Part shown: positions 24,906 to 37,869 of the stretch, piece after piece
How the letters are laid out: every line of letters starts with the position of its first letter
Numbering within the stretch: the stretch's first letter is position 1
DNA from: Eledone cirrhosa
Taxonomy: Eukaryota
Assembly: GCA_964016885.1 (NCBI GenBank)
Contig: OZ024743.1
Coordinates: 178,250,001-178,314,000 of the forward strand
Reading direction: 5' to 3'
DNA: 64,000 bases
The notes under the pieces: generated by a model
What the model was told of the DNA's origin: nothing
Database searches by the model: none
What the model saw: only the letters and a program-made list of their open reading frames with translations
Translations under genes and position numbers: made by a program

Positions 24906-25620
24906 TTTTGTATGTGAGATAACGTGCTTACTCTGAAAATACAATAGTAAATATAGAGTAATGTAAATGGTGAAGGGTTAAAGTCGGTTATTTGGATATG
25001 TAAGCTTTAGAAAAGTACATTTTATAAATGTGATGGCAGTAACAGCACCGGCTTTTATTTAGCCCATGATTGATCAGACCTATAATATTGTTTAGCCCAA
25101 GTTTAGCCCATGACTGAGTAAACCTATAACATTGTTTAGCCCATGAATAACATTATTTAGCCCAAGTTTAGTCCATGATTGAGTAAACCTATAACATTGT
25201 TTAGCCCAAGATTAGCCGATGATTGATCAGATCTATAATCATCCAGTCTTTTTTAAATGTCTTTCCCTAAACTATTTTCTGCAATTTAAAAGGGAGGCTT
25301 GGCTGCTATTTCTAGCAGATAGAGCTGCCATGTTTTGATTCATGTATTGCTGGTTATAATGTTGGCTGCAATGACAGCAATATTGGATATCGTGGTGGTA
25401 GTGTCGGATGTAGTGACAGCAGCAATAGTAGTGTTGGTAATGTTGGTGGTTGTTTTCTTCTTCTTCTCCTATACTTCCATTCCTGAAGCAGAATGACCAC
25501 TTTACAGTGTGGACCAGGACATTTTGTCATGCCACCAAGGATGGACTGGGTGATTCTTGTTGTGTCAACATCATGTGTCACCAAGGTTGGGCTAGGTGTT
25601 CATTATCTATTATCATATAA

Positions 25621-25840
25621 GGGTGGTGGATTGGCAGTATCAGTAGAGTGTCAGACACTAGTCTTTGTAGCAGAGAGTTATGGCCCTTTACGTTCTGATT
25701 TAAAATCCCACCAAGCTTAGCTTTGCCTTTCATTCTTACGGGGTCGATAAAATTAAGCACCAGTCATGCACTGGGGTAAATTTAATCGACTTTCCCCTCC
25801 CCCAAAATTGCTGGCCTTGTGCCTAAAGTAGAAACAATTA
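25621..25840 (+). mobile_element. tRNA-derived SINE (longer variant of the 8171 family)
   Basis: Same head and core with an extra ~30 bp before the tail. Confidence 0.8.
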
Positions 25841-26430
25841 TTTATCATCATCATCATCACCATTTTACGTCCATTTTCCACACTAGCAAGTGGGACAAAC
25901 CCATCTAACCCATGTTAGTGTGAAAGATAGACGTTAAACGATGACGATGATGATGATGATATATATATAGACACACACACACACATATGAAATAATAAAC
26001 CAATCAAAAGGAAGCTTATTGAAAGGAAATATTCCAATCCATCATATAATTCATAGTTAATTCTGTTATTAAGACAATGTTGTTGTATTTGATTGAGGTA
26101 CAAGTCAAAAGAAAAGTGCCAAGAGCAGAGTAAAGTAAAAATACAGGGTGCTTAACTACTCATAGAGTCATAAGGGTGCTATCATCACACAGGAGGGTGT
26201 TATAGGCATTTAAATCTGGCATGAGTCCATCTCTCGCCCAGTCCAATACAGTCAATTTCTTCCAGAGAAAGAAAGAAGAATAAAAGTGACATAGGAATTA
26301 TTGGCCCCACTACTGGACTAGTACTTTATTTATAGACCTCTAATGGATCAAAGGCAAAGTTGACTTCATCGGGATTTGAACCAAGTGCTTGGAGAGTCAT
26401 CTCACCCAATAAAGCATGAAATATAGACAT

Positions 26431-26843
26431 TCAACCTTTTAGTATTTAAACTGGCCATATTTGGCTAAAATTGTCTCCCTTTTTTCTGTTTAAATTGGTC
26501 GTAATCAGCCACTTATACCTATGTTAAAATATTGTTCTTAAAATAACCAATAACTGTTTCTACTTTAGGCACAAGGCCAGCAATTACCCAGTGCATTACT
26601 GGTACTTTATTTTATCGACCCCGTAAGGATGAAAGGCAAAGTCAACCTCGGCGGGATTTGAACTCAGATCGTAAAGGGACGTAACTATGCTGGAAAGCAT
26701 GGCGTCTGACCCTCTACCGATACTGACAATCCACCGCCCTAAATAACCAATAACATCATCAAAATCTCAGTAGATTTGTGATTATGTGAGATAAAGCCTT
26801 TACAGTGAAAATAGAATAAATATAGAGTAATGTGAAGAGTTAA
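26431..26843 (-). mobile_element. piggyBac-like MITE containing a SINE (26554-26739)
   Basis: Homology to 18019-18246; SINE flanked by TSD AAATAACCAATAAC. Confidence 0.78.
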
Positions 26844-27111
26844 ACAGTGATGATGATTATAATATGCACTTGCCATATAATCAATTCTTTGTTTTGTTAC
26901 ATAGCAATGGATGGGCATATATGCTGATCTAACTTACAATCACATTGTGTGATTGTACAAAGCTCTATTTGCTACTAAGAATAAATAAATAAAAGAATGA
27001 ATTCAAAATGTTAAATAATTTGGTTTGATAAATCTTTAAAAAAAAAAATCATTCTTTTTCCTTTTCATTTCTAGCTTAAATGGTGTTGATCTGAAATGAA
27101 TAGTATGTATT

Positions 27112-27931
27112 ATACAAGGAATGTTGAAAAAATATCCAACTTTATTTCTTTTATCATGTGAAAGGTAATGATGTTAAGGAGACAAAAGTGTGTATAGTGG
27201 AGCTGCATATATTAATGCACATGTACAGCTTCTGGTGAGCTGGCTGACTGTGTCAGTTACTGTCAGGTTGTCAGCATGAGCCTCTTATTTATAGAGCAAG
27301 ACACCTACTCTCAAGTCATAGCTGGTTGTTCCCAAAATACAGATGAAAGGCTCCTGATTTTAGAGCTGAGAGGATATCATGTAGATTGCTTTTTCTTGTC
27401 ATATGACATATACACAATAGTTAGAGAGGCAGGTTGAGAACGGCAAGCCAGTCTAAGGTGTCATTTGTAGCATTATGGATTGCCTCCAAGGGGCCAGGAA
27501 AACGCCTGGACAAGATGCAGTACTGTCTGGTCAGGGTCCACCCTGTATGGAATTTATGCCAGCTAATACCATTGTTCAATATATACAGACTGCAATGGTG
27601 GAGCTTAAAGCCATCCTGAAAGAAGTATTTCAGAAGTGTATCAAATAGTGGAAGGATTACTGGGCTAGATGTGTGGATGCACAAAGGGCCTAATTTTGAA
27701 GGGAATAGTCAATTAAACCCCACTAAGTACATGCTTTTTTCCCTCAGCTTGAGATTGAATACATTTTTGACAGACCTTTTTCTTCTTCTCCCACTTCTTT
27801 CCGGGAGGGTTGTGGGAGCAGAGTCCTCAAACACTTCTTCCAGCGGGTCCTGTCAGAAGCAACCATCTCCAACTGATCTGGCTGGATCCCCATGCAAGAC
27901 CAGCCAACTCATTTTTGGGACAGACCTCGTA
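27112..27931 (+). mobile_element. Deleted mariner element with an RTE 3' fragment (27778-27909, minus) in its right TIR
   Basis: C-terminal LKAILKEVFQKCIK*WKDYWARCV..FEG; duplicated CATTTTTG(G)GACAGACCT; insert translates GIQPDQLEMVASDRTRWKKCL. Confidence 0.65.
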
Positions 27932-28304
27932 TGAAAAAAATAGCAGGAAAAATATCAATTCCATCAATTAGAATATTTGTTTGTTGGCTTTTAAGCTTGT
28001 ATACATCACAGACACTGTTTTTACATGAAACATTCACATCCTTTGGCAGATTAAGGTCATAAAAACAACCCTTCTCAATGGTCGGAAATAACAAATTTTA
28101 TTAATTGCTACTTGAGGAAATCCCACTTCATAATTGTTTTTTTTTTTTTATTTGAAATATGTGCATCCTGATGCAAATGACCATAATAATAGTTAATCAC
28201 TATAATTAATTGTTGAGGAAATTAGGTAAAGGATCTCTGGAGTGTAAAGAGACCCCTACAAGGAAGTGCCTCTGTACACTCTTTTTGCACTGCGAGAGAT
28301 CCTT

Positions 28305-28678
28305 TACTCTTGGGTCCCAAATAATAAGAGTGGGGGCAGTTGGATTAAGAGGAGGGGGAGGGGAATCAGTAATTTTTCTAGGTTGTCTCCATTGATTTTT
28401 TTTAAAAACCAGAATTAGTTGTTTAGTTTACATATTGAGATCCCCAACCCATCCTATTTATTTTTTACATATGGGACTTCTAGTAATGTCCTTTTTGTGT
28501 CATGTATAATGTTTTTTAATGTATAAATAACATTACTATTGCAGGAATGGTACCACTTAAAACAAAATTTCTCTAGGGATAGATTTGCAAAATTTATTAA
28601 GTGGAGTGTTGGAAAATATCTCCAAAATTAATAAGTGGTGATGGGGGTGGGGAACAATTATTAGAGACCAGAGAGCAT
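28305..28678 (+). mobile_element. Non-autonomous TIR element
   Basis: ACTCTTGGGTCCCAAATAAT ... ATTATTAGAGACCAGAGAG imperfect TIRs; second copy at 8868-9378. Confidence 0.55.
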
Positions 28679-29523
28679 CTGATTTTCTCAACTATTATTT
28701 ATAGTGATTGATTGATTATTATTAAGGTCATTTGCATTAGGACACACACATTTCAAGCTTCAAATTTTCACAATGCTTTTTGTGTGAACTATCTTGTATA
28801 TTTAAAACTTTTTTATTTGATAATGAGGGTATAAACAAGATATCAAATTATATTTATTTATAATAGATAATTTATTTTTTAAGAATACAATTTACAAAAG
28901 TAACAAGAAGAGGGAAAAAAGGAAGAGAATTAAACAATAAAAAAGTGGAGGAGAAATGGGTAGGGAGAAAACACAATTGATTGGATGGTATATCTCAGTT
29001 GTACCACAAAGCCAACATGGTGAAAATATTGTTGCAAAGAACAGCCAGCATTACCTGCTGCATCAGCTACTCCACTTCACAGGGTCTCTTTACACAAATG
29101 TGATTCCCTTCTAATTTTGGGGATGAAAACAACAGTATAGAGACCAAGGACACAAGAGGTCTGAATAGGGTCCAAAACAAAAAGGAAACTTTCAGTGAAT
29201 GCCTGGTAATTAGTCAAACAATGCATGAGATGGATTTAGTTGATTTCACACTCCTTTCTTTCCTCACTACATTAGTTAAAGTTTGTTATTTATCCCCAAT
29301 TTCCTTAGCACTAAGTGACTGAGAGTACAAGACTACCCCCTGAACAGGACACCCACCAGTCGATTGCAAGTTTAACTCCTCAGCTACTGTTGGTACTCAT
29401 GAAATAAAGTGTTTTTCTAAGAATAAAATACAGGAATGGAACTGACAACATTACGATCATTTTACTATATTTGAAAGCTTGCAAGCATGTGTAGATATTA
29501 TAGATATTAAATGAAGATGATGA

Positions 29524-29562
<39 letters not shown>

Positions 29563-29590
29563 TTTGTTTTGAAACAGCGACCGAGTTTTA

Positions 29591-29784
29591 AAATAGAAAT
29601 AGAAGCTTTCACCGTATTTTTGACTAAAGAAATTTTAGCCTGATAGTGGGGTTTAGAACCCTCTAAGAAATAGAAAAAGATGTACATCAATACTCATCTT
29701 TTTCCATTTCTTAGAGGGTTCTAAACCCCACTATCAGGCTAAAATTTCTTTAGTCAACAATATGGTAAAAGCTTCTATTTCTAT

Positions 29785-29787
<3 letters not shown>
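29591..29787. repeat. Long near-perfect palindrome (arms ~90 bp)
   Basis: AAATAGAAATAGAAGCTTT...AGAAAAAGATG, short loop, CATCTTTTTCC...AAAGCTTCTATTTCTATTT; between (TA)n tracts. Confidence 0.92.
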
Positions 29788-29836
<49 letters not shown>

Positions 29837-30444
29837 ATGATAATAAATAATAAGTACCCAGCCCAACCTTGGTGACACAAGACTGTGACACAACAAGAAG
29901 CACCCAGCCCATCATTGGTGACATGACAAAAAGTCCTGGTCCACACTGTAAAGTGGTCGTTTTGCTGCCATAATAAAAAGCACCCAGTCTCCACATTGTA
30001 AATGTGGTTGGCATTAGGAAGAGCATCCAGTCATAGAAACCAAGCTCGAAACAGTTCTGTATGAGCAAGACATGGTCATTTGATCTGATGTCTCACAATG
30101 GGACAACTCGTCTAACCCATGCTAGCATAGAAAAATGATGATGATGCTGATATACACATATATATGCAAAAAGTAAACTGAAGCAACAAAGCAAACAACA
30201 CAGTACAATGAAAAAATATATTAGCTTAATGCTTGGTATGGTAGGAAAAGTGTCTTTCTGTTTCAGACACTAGTCCTTCATCAGAAGATAGAATGTGAAA
30301 TAAAAGATGAAATAGAAAGATAGAGAGGAAAGAATGGAAAAAAATTTGAGAAAAAGCATGTGTATTTAGTCAGCCATTTTGTAAAATATATATATTTATA
30401 TATAGTTATAGGAATAACCAAAGAGTGCTTAGAAATACATTGTT

Positions 30445-30501
30445 TTATTAGCTAACAGTGTTTCATCCATACACAATGGCAGGAATCCTCAGAGCCTATA
30501 A
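30445..30501 (-). ncRNA. Type-I hammerhead ribozyme (inverted copy of 32163-32219)
   Basis: Reverse complement of the right-arm hammerhead. Confidence 0.72.
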
Positions 30502-32162
30502 ACATGAGTATATCAGTAGTTGCATGATCCATTGAGCTGCGTCACCAGAACAAGGTTAAATGACCAGCAGGGGGTCCCAAGGCCAGCACTATATGGAAAA
30601 AGGCAGAATACATGATGCACATAATGTCATAAAAGTTTAAAAATTAAAAATTACACCAAAAATTTATCACATAAATGGTGCAATAGATGATAAAGAGGTT
30701 GTGAGAGGGTAGCAAGGGATGAGTGAGGGTATTACTCAGCATGATCAGAAACAATAAGAAAATAATAAAAAAAATAATAATAAAAAAGTACAAAAATACA
30801 GAGATAAGAAAATAGATAAATATAAAAATACAAAACAATAAAGGAACAAAAAGCCCGGAAACCCCGTTGTGTGTTACTAGCGAGAGACTAATCTTTGAAG
30901 CTTGGAGTTAGTTGAATATGAATTGTGTTCCGGCTTTGATGAATTATAGAACCACACTCAAGGCAAAGTGCAGCACGGGATATTGAACTCCCGCCGACCC
31001 AGGAGGGTCACACCTGACTGTGAATGGATTGCAACCTACGGAGTCAATAATCTAAACGAAAACCACGTGGCGGAAATATAAATAACATAGCTGTCATTGA
31101 CAGATTTGGGTGTGAGTTATCTCTTCAATATATATCTATATACTCTACAGAAATTTGCACTCACTATAATAAACCCGCCTATTATTATAACAATATATGC
31201 TCATTCTGCCATATGTGATTCTGGAAGAGGAGTTTCCTATATACACTTTTTTCTATATGTAACGGAATTGCCATCACGATTTGTATTTACTGTGGTACAG
31301 TTGTATGCGGTGCGATACATTGGTTGAACGCCAACTTGGACATACAGTGAATTTCACCTGGCACGTTAGATTGAGAGACCGAATGTTTTCAATTTCCTCA
31401 CATCTGTGCCGGCTGTATATGTGCCATACATCTCTTTAACTCTTCGTACTTTCTTTTATTTTTTATTGTAGATTTTGGGTGTATATCCCAAACCGCCTAT
31501 GGTGATAGATCCCCTGGTTATAGGTTTTGGAAAAATAGTGTTATCTCACTTAACGTTCGGAACTGGAACATATCGATGTGGTTCGTAGGGTGCGGATATG
31601 ATAAGGCGATATAATTGGAGTACACTATCCCTCATATGGACTATCAAAAATGTAAGGCTGCACCGCTGCTAACCAACTATTCTTTTCACAGACTCATTCT
31701 TGCAAACTCTCTTGATCTGCCTGTAACCCTCTTTTTGCACTGCGTGTGGTTTGATGCATCTATGCTTTGCTTTGTCTTATATTTTTGGGGGGGTTTAGGG
31801 CTTTTTGTTCCTTTATTGTTTTGTATTTTTATATTTATCTCTTTTCTTATCCCTGTATTTTTGTACTTTTTTTATTATTATTTTTTTATTATTTTATTAT
31901 TGTTTCTGATCATGCTGAGTAATACCCTCACTCATCCCTTGCTACCCTCTCACAACCTCTTTATCATCTATTGCACCATTTATGTGATAAATTTTTGGTG
32001 TAATTTTTAATTTTTAAACTTTTATGACATTTTATGACATTATGTGCATCATGTATTCTGCCTTTTTCCATATAGTGCTGGCCTCGGGACCCCCTGCTGG
32101 TCATTTAACCTTGTTCTGGTGACGCAGCTCAATGGATCATGCAACTACTGATATACTCATGT

Positions 32163-32219
32163 TTATAGGCTCTGAGGATTCCTGCCATTGTGTATGGATG
32201 AAACACTGTTAGCTAATAA
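32163..32219 (+). ncRNA. Type-I hammerhead ribozyme
   Basis: TTATAGGCT-CTGAGGA-T-TCCTGC..GTATGGA-T-GAAA-C-ACT-G-TT-AGCTAATAA; 9-bp stem I with one mismatch; GUU cleavage after 32210. Confidence 0.75.
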
Positions 32220-32379
32220 AACAATGTATTTCTAAGCACTCTTTGGTTATTCCTATAACTATAACGGCTCTGTAGTATACTAGTTATCCTACATTGAGCG
32301 AAAACCACACTGTCATACCAAGGGCAATATATCTACATGTCTGGGCATATTGATATATTTGTCAACGAAATATATTATA

Positions 32380-35300
32380 AATATATATATAAATGCAAGT
32401 ACACGATTCTGTGTGTCCGCCTAAAACTAGCAAACTACCGGACCAAACTCCTCAAAATTTCATGTACATATTCACTATACACTCGGACAGGTAAGGGTCG
32501 AAAAAGTTTTACGTTGCAAAGCAAGGAATTCATTTAAATTCAATTTATCTTATTTTCTAATGAATATCAAGAGATCATCCATTGTTTTTTTATGTTCTCC
32601 AGTCTGTAGATAAGAGAATGAGGGATGGGAGAGAGAAAGAGAGAGTAAGGGATGAGAGAGAAAGAGAGAGTAAGGGATGAGAGAGAAAGAGAGAGAGTAA
32701 GGGGATGAGAGAAAAAAGAGAGAGTGAGTGGATGGGAGAGAGAAAGGGGATGTGAGTGAGGAAGAGAGGGATGAGAGAGAGAGTGGGAGATGGGCGAGAG
32801 GGAGTAAGAAGATGTGAGAGAGAAAGAAAGAGAGTAAGGGGATGAGAGAGAAAGATGATGAAAGAGAGAGAGGGAAAGTAACTAGCGTTCTTAACTTTTA
32901 TTTATTTATTATTTTTACACACTTTTTAACTCTCCCGCTTCCTTAACGTTATTTATCTTTTCTTTATTTTTTGTTCTCTATTCCGTAGAGAGAGCGGGGA
33001 TGTGAGAGGGAAAAAAAGAGAGAGAGTAATGGGATGGGGAGAGAGAGAGGGAAAGCAGCTAGCGTTCATTAGCTTTTATTTATTTATTATTTTTACACAC
33101 CTCTTAACTCTCCCAATGTTATTTATCTTTTATTTATTTTTTGTTTGCTATTGTGTAGAGGATGAGTGAGAGAAAGAAAGAGAGGAGATGAGAAAGAGAA
33201 AGGGAGTGATGCGGATGAGGAGAGAAAGACAATAAGAAAAGAGAAAAGATAGGAGAGAGAAAAAAAGTAAAGAGGCAGGAGAGAGCGAGGGTGATTGGAG
33301 GGATTCTTCTACCTAACATGTGTCCGCGTTTATATATATATATTTACACACACGTGTGTTATGGGGGGGGGACGTTGTTTAGCAGACGATATATGTTACC
33401 ATCAAAGCTTATTTTCTACATATGTCTAAAGAAATCACAGATGCTTTTATAGAAGTTGTATATATGTATGTATTTAACAGACAAAAAAAAAACTATTTTT
33501 AAAAGATATTATTTGAATATATTATTTTCCGCTGTTATTTGAATGAACACAGGCGGTGGATTGGCAGTATCGGTAGAGGGTCGGACGCCATGCTTTGACG
33601 CAAAGACTTACAGCCCTTTCCATTCTAAGTTCAAATCCCGCCGAGGTTAACTTTGCCTTTCATCCTTACGGGTTCGATAAAATAAAGTACCAGTAATACA
33701 CTGGGTAATTGCTGGCCTTGTGTCAAAAGTAGAAACAAGCATGGAATATGGACGTTAAACGATGATGATGATGATGATGAACAGAAAATATTTTTTTTGT
33801 AGTGTTTGTCGTTTTTTTGGATACAATCTGAAATCCTAATATTTTCTACATATGTCTAAAATTAATTACACCTAATATACATTCATATAAAGAGATCATT
33901 TAAAACTACTTTACTGAGTGAACAATACATTCTATAATTGTTTCTATTTCGGAAAGAGTGTGGTGTGTAATAATTGTTTCTACTTTTGGCACAAGGCCAG
34001 CAATTATTCCAATGCATTACTGGTACTTTATTTTATTGTGTGGTGTGTAATAATATCACTTCAAATGCCTAGAAACCGTTCCAGATCATTATATGGAAGG
34101 TCATCTTCAGAGGCTAAGAGAAAGAAAACACAGCGATCTGAAGAAAGTGAAGAAGTTCGGCATGCCTGTCTAGCTGCTAGCAAGGCCCAAACAGCTTTAG
34201 CATGAACACACCATTTGAATGAAAGGGAACAAAGGACTGCTGCTACACGAGAACAACAAATTAAGGAACAGCAGCAAATCAGACGAAATGCTAATCAAGC
34301 ACATTGTTTCTACTGCCCGAGCAGGAGAACAAGCCACAAGTAAAATGAAGTGGCTGATGGGTGCTTTTTCTTATGACCCCCAAAAGGACTACAGCAGTAA
34401 TCCACAAATCAGCATTGGGAAAATGAACAAATGCTGCCAGTATTGTGGTGCCAAGAAGTGGGCAGCAGAAACACCAAGTCTATGCTGCTCAAAAGGCAAA
34501 GTGAGCCTTAAAACAATACAAGAACCTCCTGAATTCCTGAAGAATTTGCTCCTTTGGCATACACCAGAAGCATGACACTTCAATAAATACATCATACAAT
34601 ATAATTCTGCCTTTCAAATGACATCTTTTGGGGCTGACAGGAATGTGATTGACTTTAGATTCTGTACAACTTATAAAATTCAAGGACAGTGTTACCACTT
34701 AATGGGTGGCCTTCTACCTCTTTCACAGGAGCCTCACAAATTTGTGGAGGTTTACTTCATGGGTGGAAACAAAGATGTATCAATGTCCATGGTGGATTGC
34801 AGTTCTACATAGTCATAAAGTTATAAGAAATGCTTCACCAACATCACATGTACGTCAGCATATTTAAATATGACAATGGACACTGGAAGAAGTGCCTAGA
34901 AGAAGCAGCAATCACTCAAGTAGCCAGTCAAATAAGACAATTATTTGCTATTATGCTCACAGCATGTGGAATTGATGAAGCTCATCTACTCTGGCAGGAG
35001 TACAAAAACAATATGTCGGACGACTATCTACACCTAGCCCAAAGACATCATGGCAATATGTATATGGAATATACCCCCAGGATTTACAATCAAGCTCTCT
35101 GTGACCTGTCCCATCGAGTTCAGGCAATGAATAGCACATTAGCTAACTGCGGGATGCCAGAGCCAGATGAAGAAATGGAGGTAGCACAAGACATTTTTCA
35201 GGAGACCAACTATGATATTCAAGCATTGCGTAAGCTTGTGGATGAAAATGAACCTTGATTGATGGATGACCAGAAATACGCCTACCACAACATCATCGAT

Positions 35301-37514
35301 AACGTTCAAAATGACAGGGGAGGACTTTTCTTCATCGATGCTCCTGCTGGCACAGGCAAGACATTCCTCATAAACCTTCTGCTTGAAAAAGTTCGCCAAA
35401 AGCAACATATTGCCCTTGCTGTGGCTTCAAGTGGCATTGCAGCAACACTTCTGAATGGATGAAGAACTGCACACCTCATGTTTAAGTTGCCCATAGATCT
35501 CAAACGGCATGAACAATCTTTTTGCAAGATCAAGAAGAACTCACCCAAGGGCAAGCTTCTGCAAACATGCAAGATGATAATTTGGGATGAAGCTACTATG
35601 AGCCGTAAAGGAGCAATTGAAGCTTTGGACCGGAGGAAAATAGTTGCAAAATGGGAGGAGTGACAATGGTTCTTGCTGGTGATTTCAGACAAACTCTGCC
35701 TGTAATTCTTCGAGGGACTCGAGCTGATCAGGTCAATGCCTGTCTGAAAACATCCTATCTCTGGCTCCACTTTCAGCCTCTGAGCCTTACAACCAACATG
35801 CGACTGCACTTAACTGGTGACGAAGGTGTCAGTGAGTTTGCCATCCAACTACTTAAATTTGGAAATGGACTTCTTGAAAGGGACTCCAATGACCATATTC
35901 AGTTGTCATTTGGCCATATCCTTGACACAGAACAAGAACTGATTGCCAGAGTGTTTCCAAACATTCAGACCAGGCAATGTGAACGACCAATCTTAGCACC
36001 TAAAAATGTTGCTGTGAAAGAAATCAACAGAAGTCTGCTGGAGATGTTACCGGGAGTGAAAATATGCTACAAATCAGTTCACACAATCACTTCTCAAGAC
36101 CAGGTTGTAAACTATCCAACTGAATTTTTGAACAGTCTTGAACAAGTGGGAATTCCTCCACACAACCTGATACTGAAGCTTGGAGCATGGGTTATGCTAC
36201 TTTGCAATCTGGATCCTCCAAAACTTTGTAATGGCACAAGACTCATCATCAAAAATATGATGTCCAATGTTCTAGAAGTTGCAATCATGTCAGGAAAATT
36301 TGCTGGTGACAATTGTTTCATTCCCAGAATACCTCTGAAGCCAACTGATTTGCCATTTGAATTTCAAAGACTTCAATTTCCGATCAGGCTCAGTTTTGCC
36401 ATGACCATTAATAAATCTCAAAGGCAATCATTGAAAGTCGTTGGGTTGAATCTGGCAGATGCTGTCTTTTCACACGGTCAACTCTATGTTGGCACAACAA
36501 GGGTTGGGAACCCTGATTGTCTCTTCATTGTGGCACCACAGGGCAAAACCAAGAATGTTGTTTATCCAGAGGCTTTGGAATGAGCAATGTTGTAATTCCT
36601 CATTCAATGACAATACACAGATCCTAATTCCTTAGTCATGTAGTTTGCAAGGAATTCTGAAGCTGCATATTTACTGCATGGTGTTACTTTGGAAGAATAT
36701 GCAGGCGTTCCCGGGTACCTCTGCTGTATAAAGTAGTATAAGTGAGGACTTTGTTGGGTAAAAATAACAGCCAAATTTCCTTCAAATCCCACCTTACTTT
36801 CTCAGGTATGTATATATGTATGAAGCAAAAAGGAATGGTTCTATGTGATAACTCGATCTACTAGAAATATTAGCAAAATCCATTTCAAATCACAAACAAC
36901 TGTCATACACACATACATGTGTGTGTATGTATCTATGTATGTCATGTGAGCCACTATAACTGTTGGTATAGCTAATATAAATAGAAAACAAATCTCCCTC
37001 AAACAAGATCCTACTGACATAGAGACAAAGATTGGTGAAAGCTACAATGTACAAATTTAAATACACTTTCCCCGAATTACAGAAATGAGTAAGTAAATGC
37101 TTCATTTAATCATAAACCAATGCTAAATTTATTTTATTATTTTATTTATGGTTTTTAAAATAGTCTTTACATGTTGTTTGAATTTCAGAGGTTCAGATTG
37201 AGCAAAAAAAAAAAAAAAAGAAAGAAAAGAATAAATTAAAAAAAATCTAAATGTATTTTTTTGGTCATGCCCTGACAACATATCTAATGATTCATCTATG
37301 AGTAAAGCATTATATATGCTGACTGTAATAGGGAGCAGTATTCAAAAAATCACCACTGGTAAAAACTAATATCTAGATGATTTACTTTGACCAAACAGCA
37401 ATAAATATTCTGCTATAATTCCTACTTTGGTTAAAATTCAGCAATCATATTTGAATGGTCAAATATATTGTAACTTTCATAAAATACCCGGGTATCACCG
37501 GGTAGCTCAGCTAG
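32380..37514 (+). mobile_element. Helitron with decayed RepHel gene (5' boundary approximate)
   Basis: 3' hairpin ACCCGG-GTATCA-CCGGGT then CTAG|T at 37511-37514; internal RepHel remnants; nested SINE at 33552-33737. Confidence 0.85.
34065..36583 (+). pseudogene. Helitron Rep/helicase pseudogene: N-terminal zinc finger and PIF1-type SF1B helicase, Rep domain deleted
   Basis: CQYCGAKKW..CCSKGKV, YNSAFQMTSFG, YKIQGQCYH; DAPAGTGKT, IIWDE, GDFRQTLPV, QFPIRLSFAMTINKSQ, FSHGQLYV; several stops and frameshifts. Confidence 0.92.
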
Positions 37515-37838
37515 TATATATATATAAGAAGAGACAGGGGCTGTGTAGATGCTGGATAAGGTGTATTTATAAATAAGAGGAAAGCACGAATGGGAGAAAA
37601 TTTTCCTTCACCAGCTGTCTGCTGGGGATCATAGATATTTCTATGCATTAAGGACAAGATATCTAACCCCAGTGTGTCAATAACTGAAGGAAGTTATTGG
37701 GAAAAAAGGGAGAGAGAGAAAAAATATATATAACAGAAGGGAAAGGAGAAGTAAAAGGAAACAAACAGGAAACAACAAACCGAAGAGGGAAACCCGAAGC
37801 ACATGTGTGTGAGCAACTTGAAGAGAGAGAGAGAAAAA

Positions 37839-37869
<31 letters not shown>

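Larger units (their letters stand above)
30401..32370 (+). mobile_element. Non-coding Penelope-like element with ~470-bp inverted repeats (30401-30865 / 31790-32263), each carrying a hammerhead
   Basis: Near-identical inverted arms; ~100-bp 3' extension past the right arm with the conserved hairpin; TA-rich flanks. Confidence 0.7.

Noticed and set aside
32115-32155. SECIS element upstream of the hammerhead
   Set aside because: GTGA...GA flanks a helix with several mismatches and wrong spacing; no selenoprotein ORF nearby
35651-36583. Cellular PIF1 helicase gene
   Set aside because: Intronless, disrupted, preceded by Helitron N-terminal motifs and followed by a Helitron 3' hairpin-CTAG
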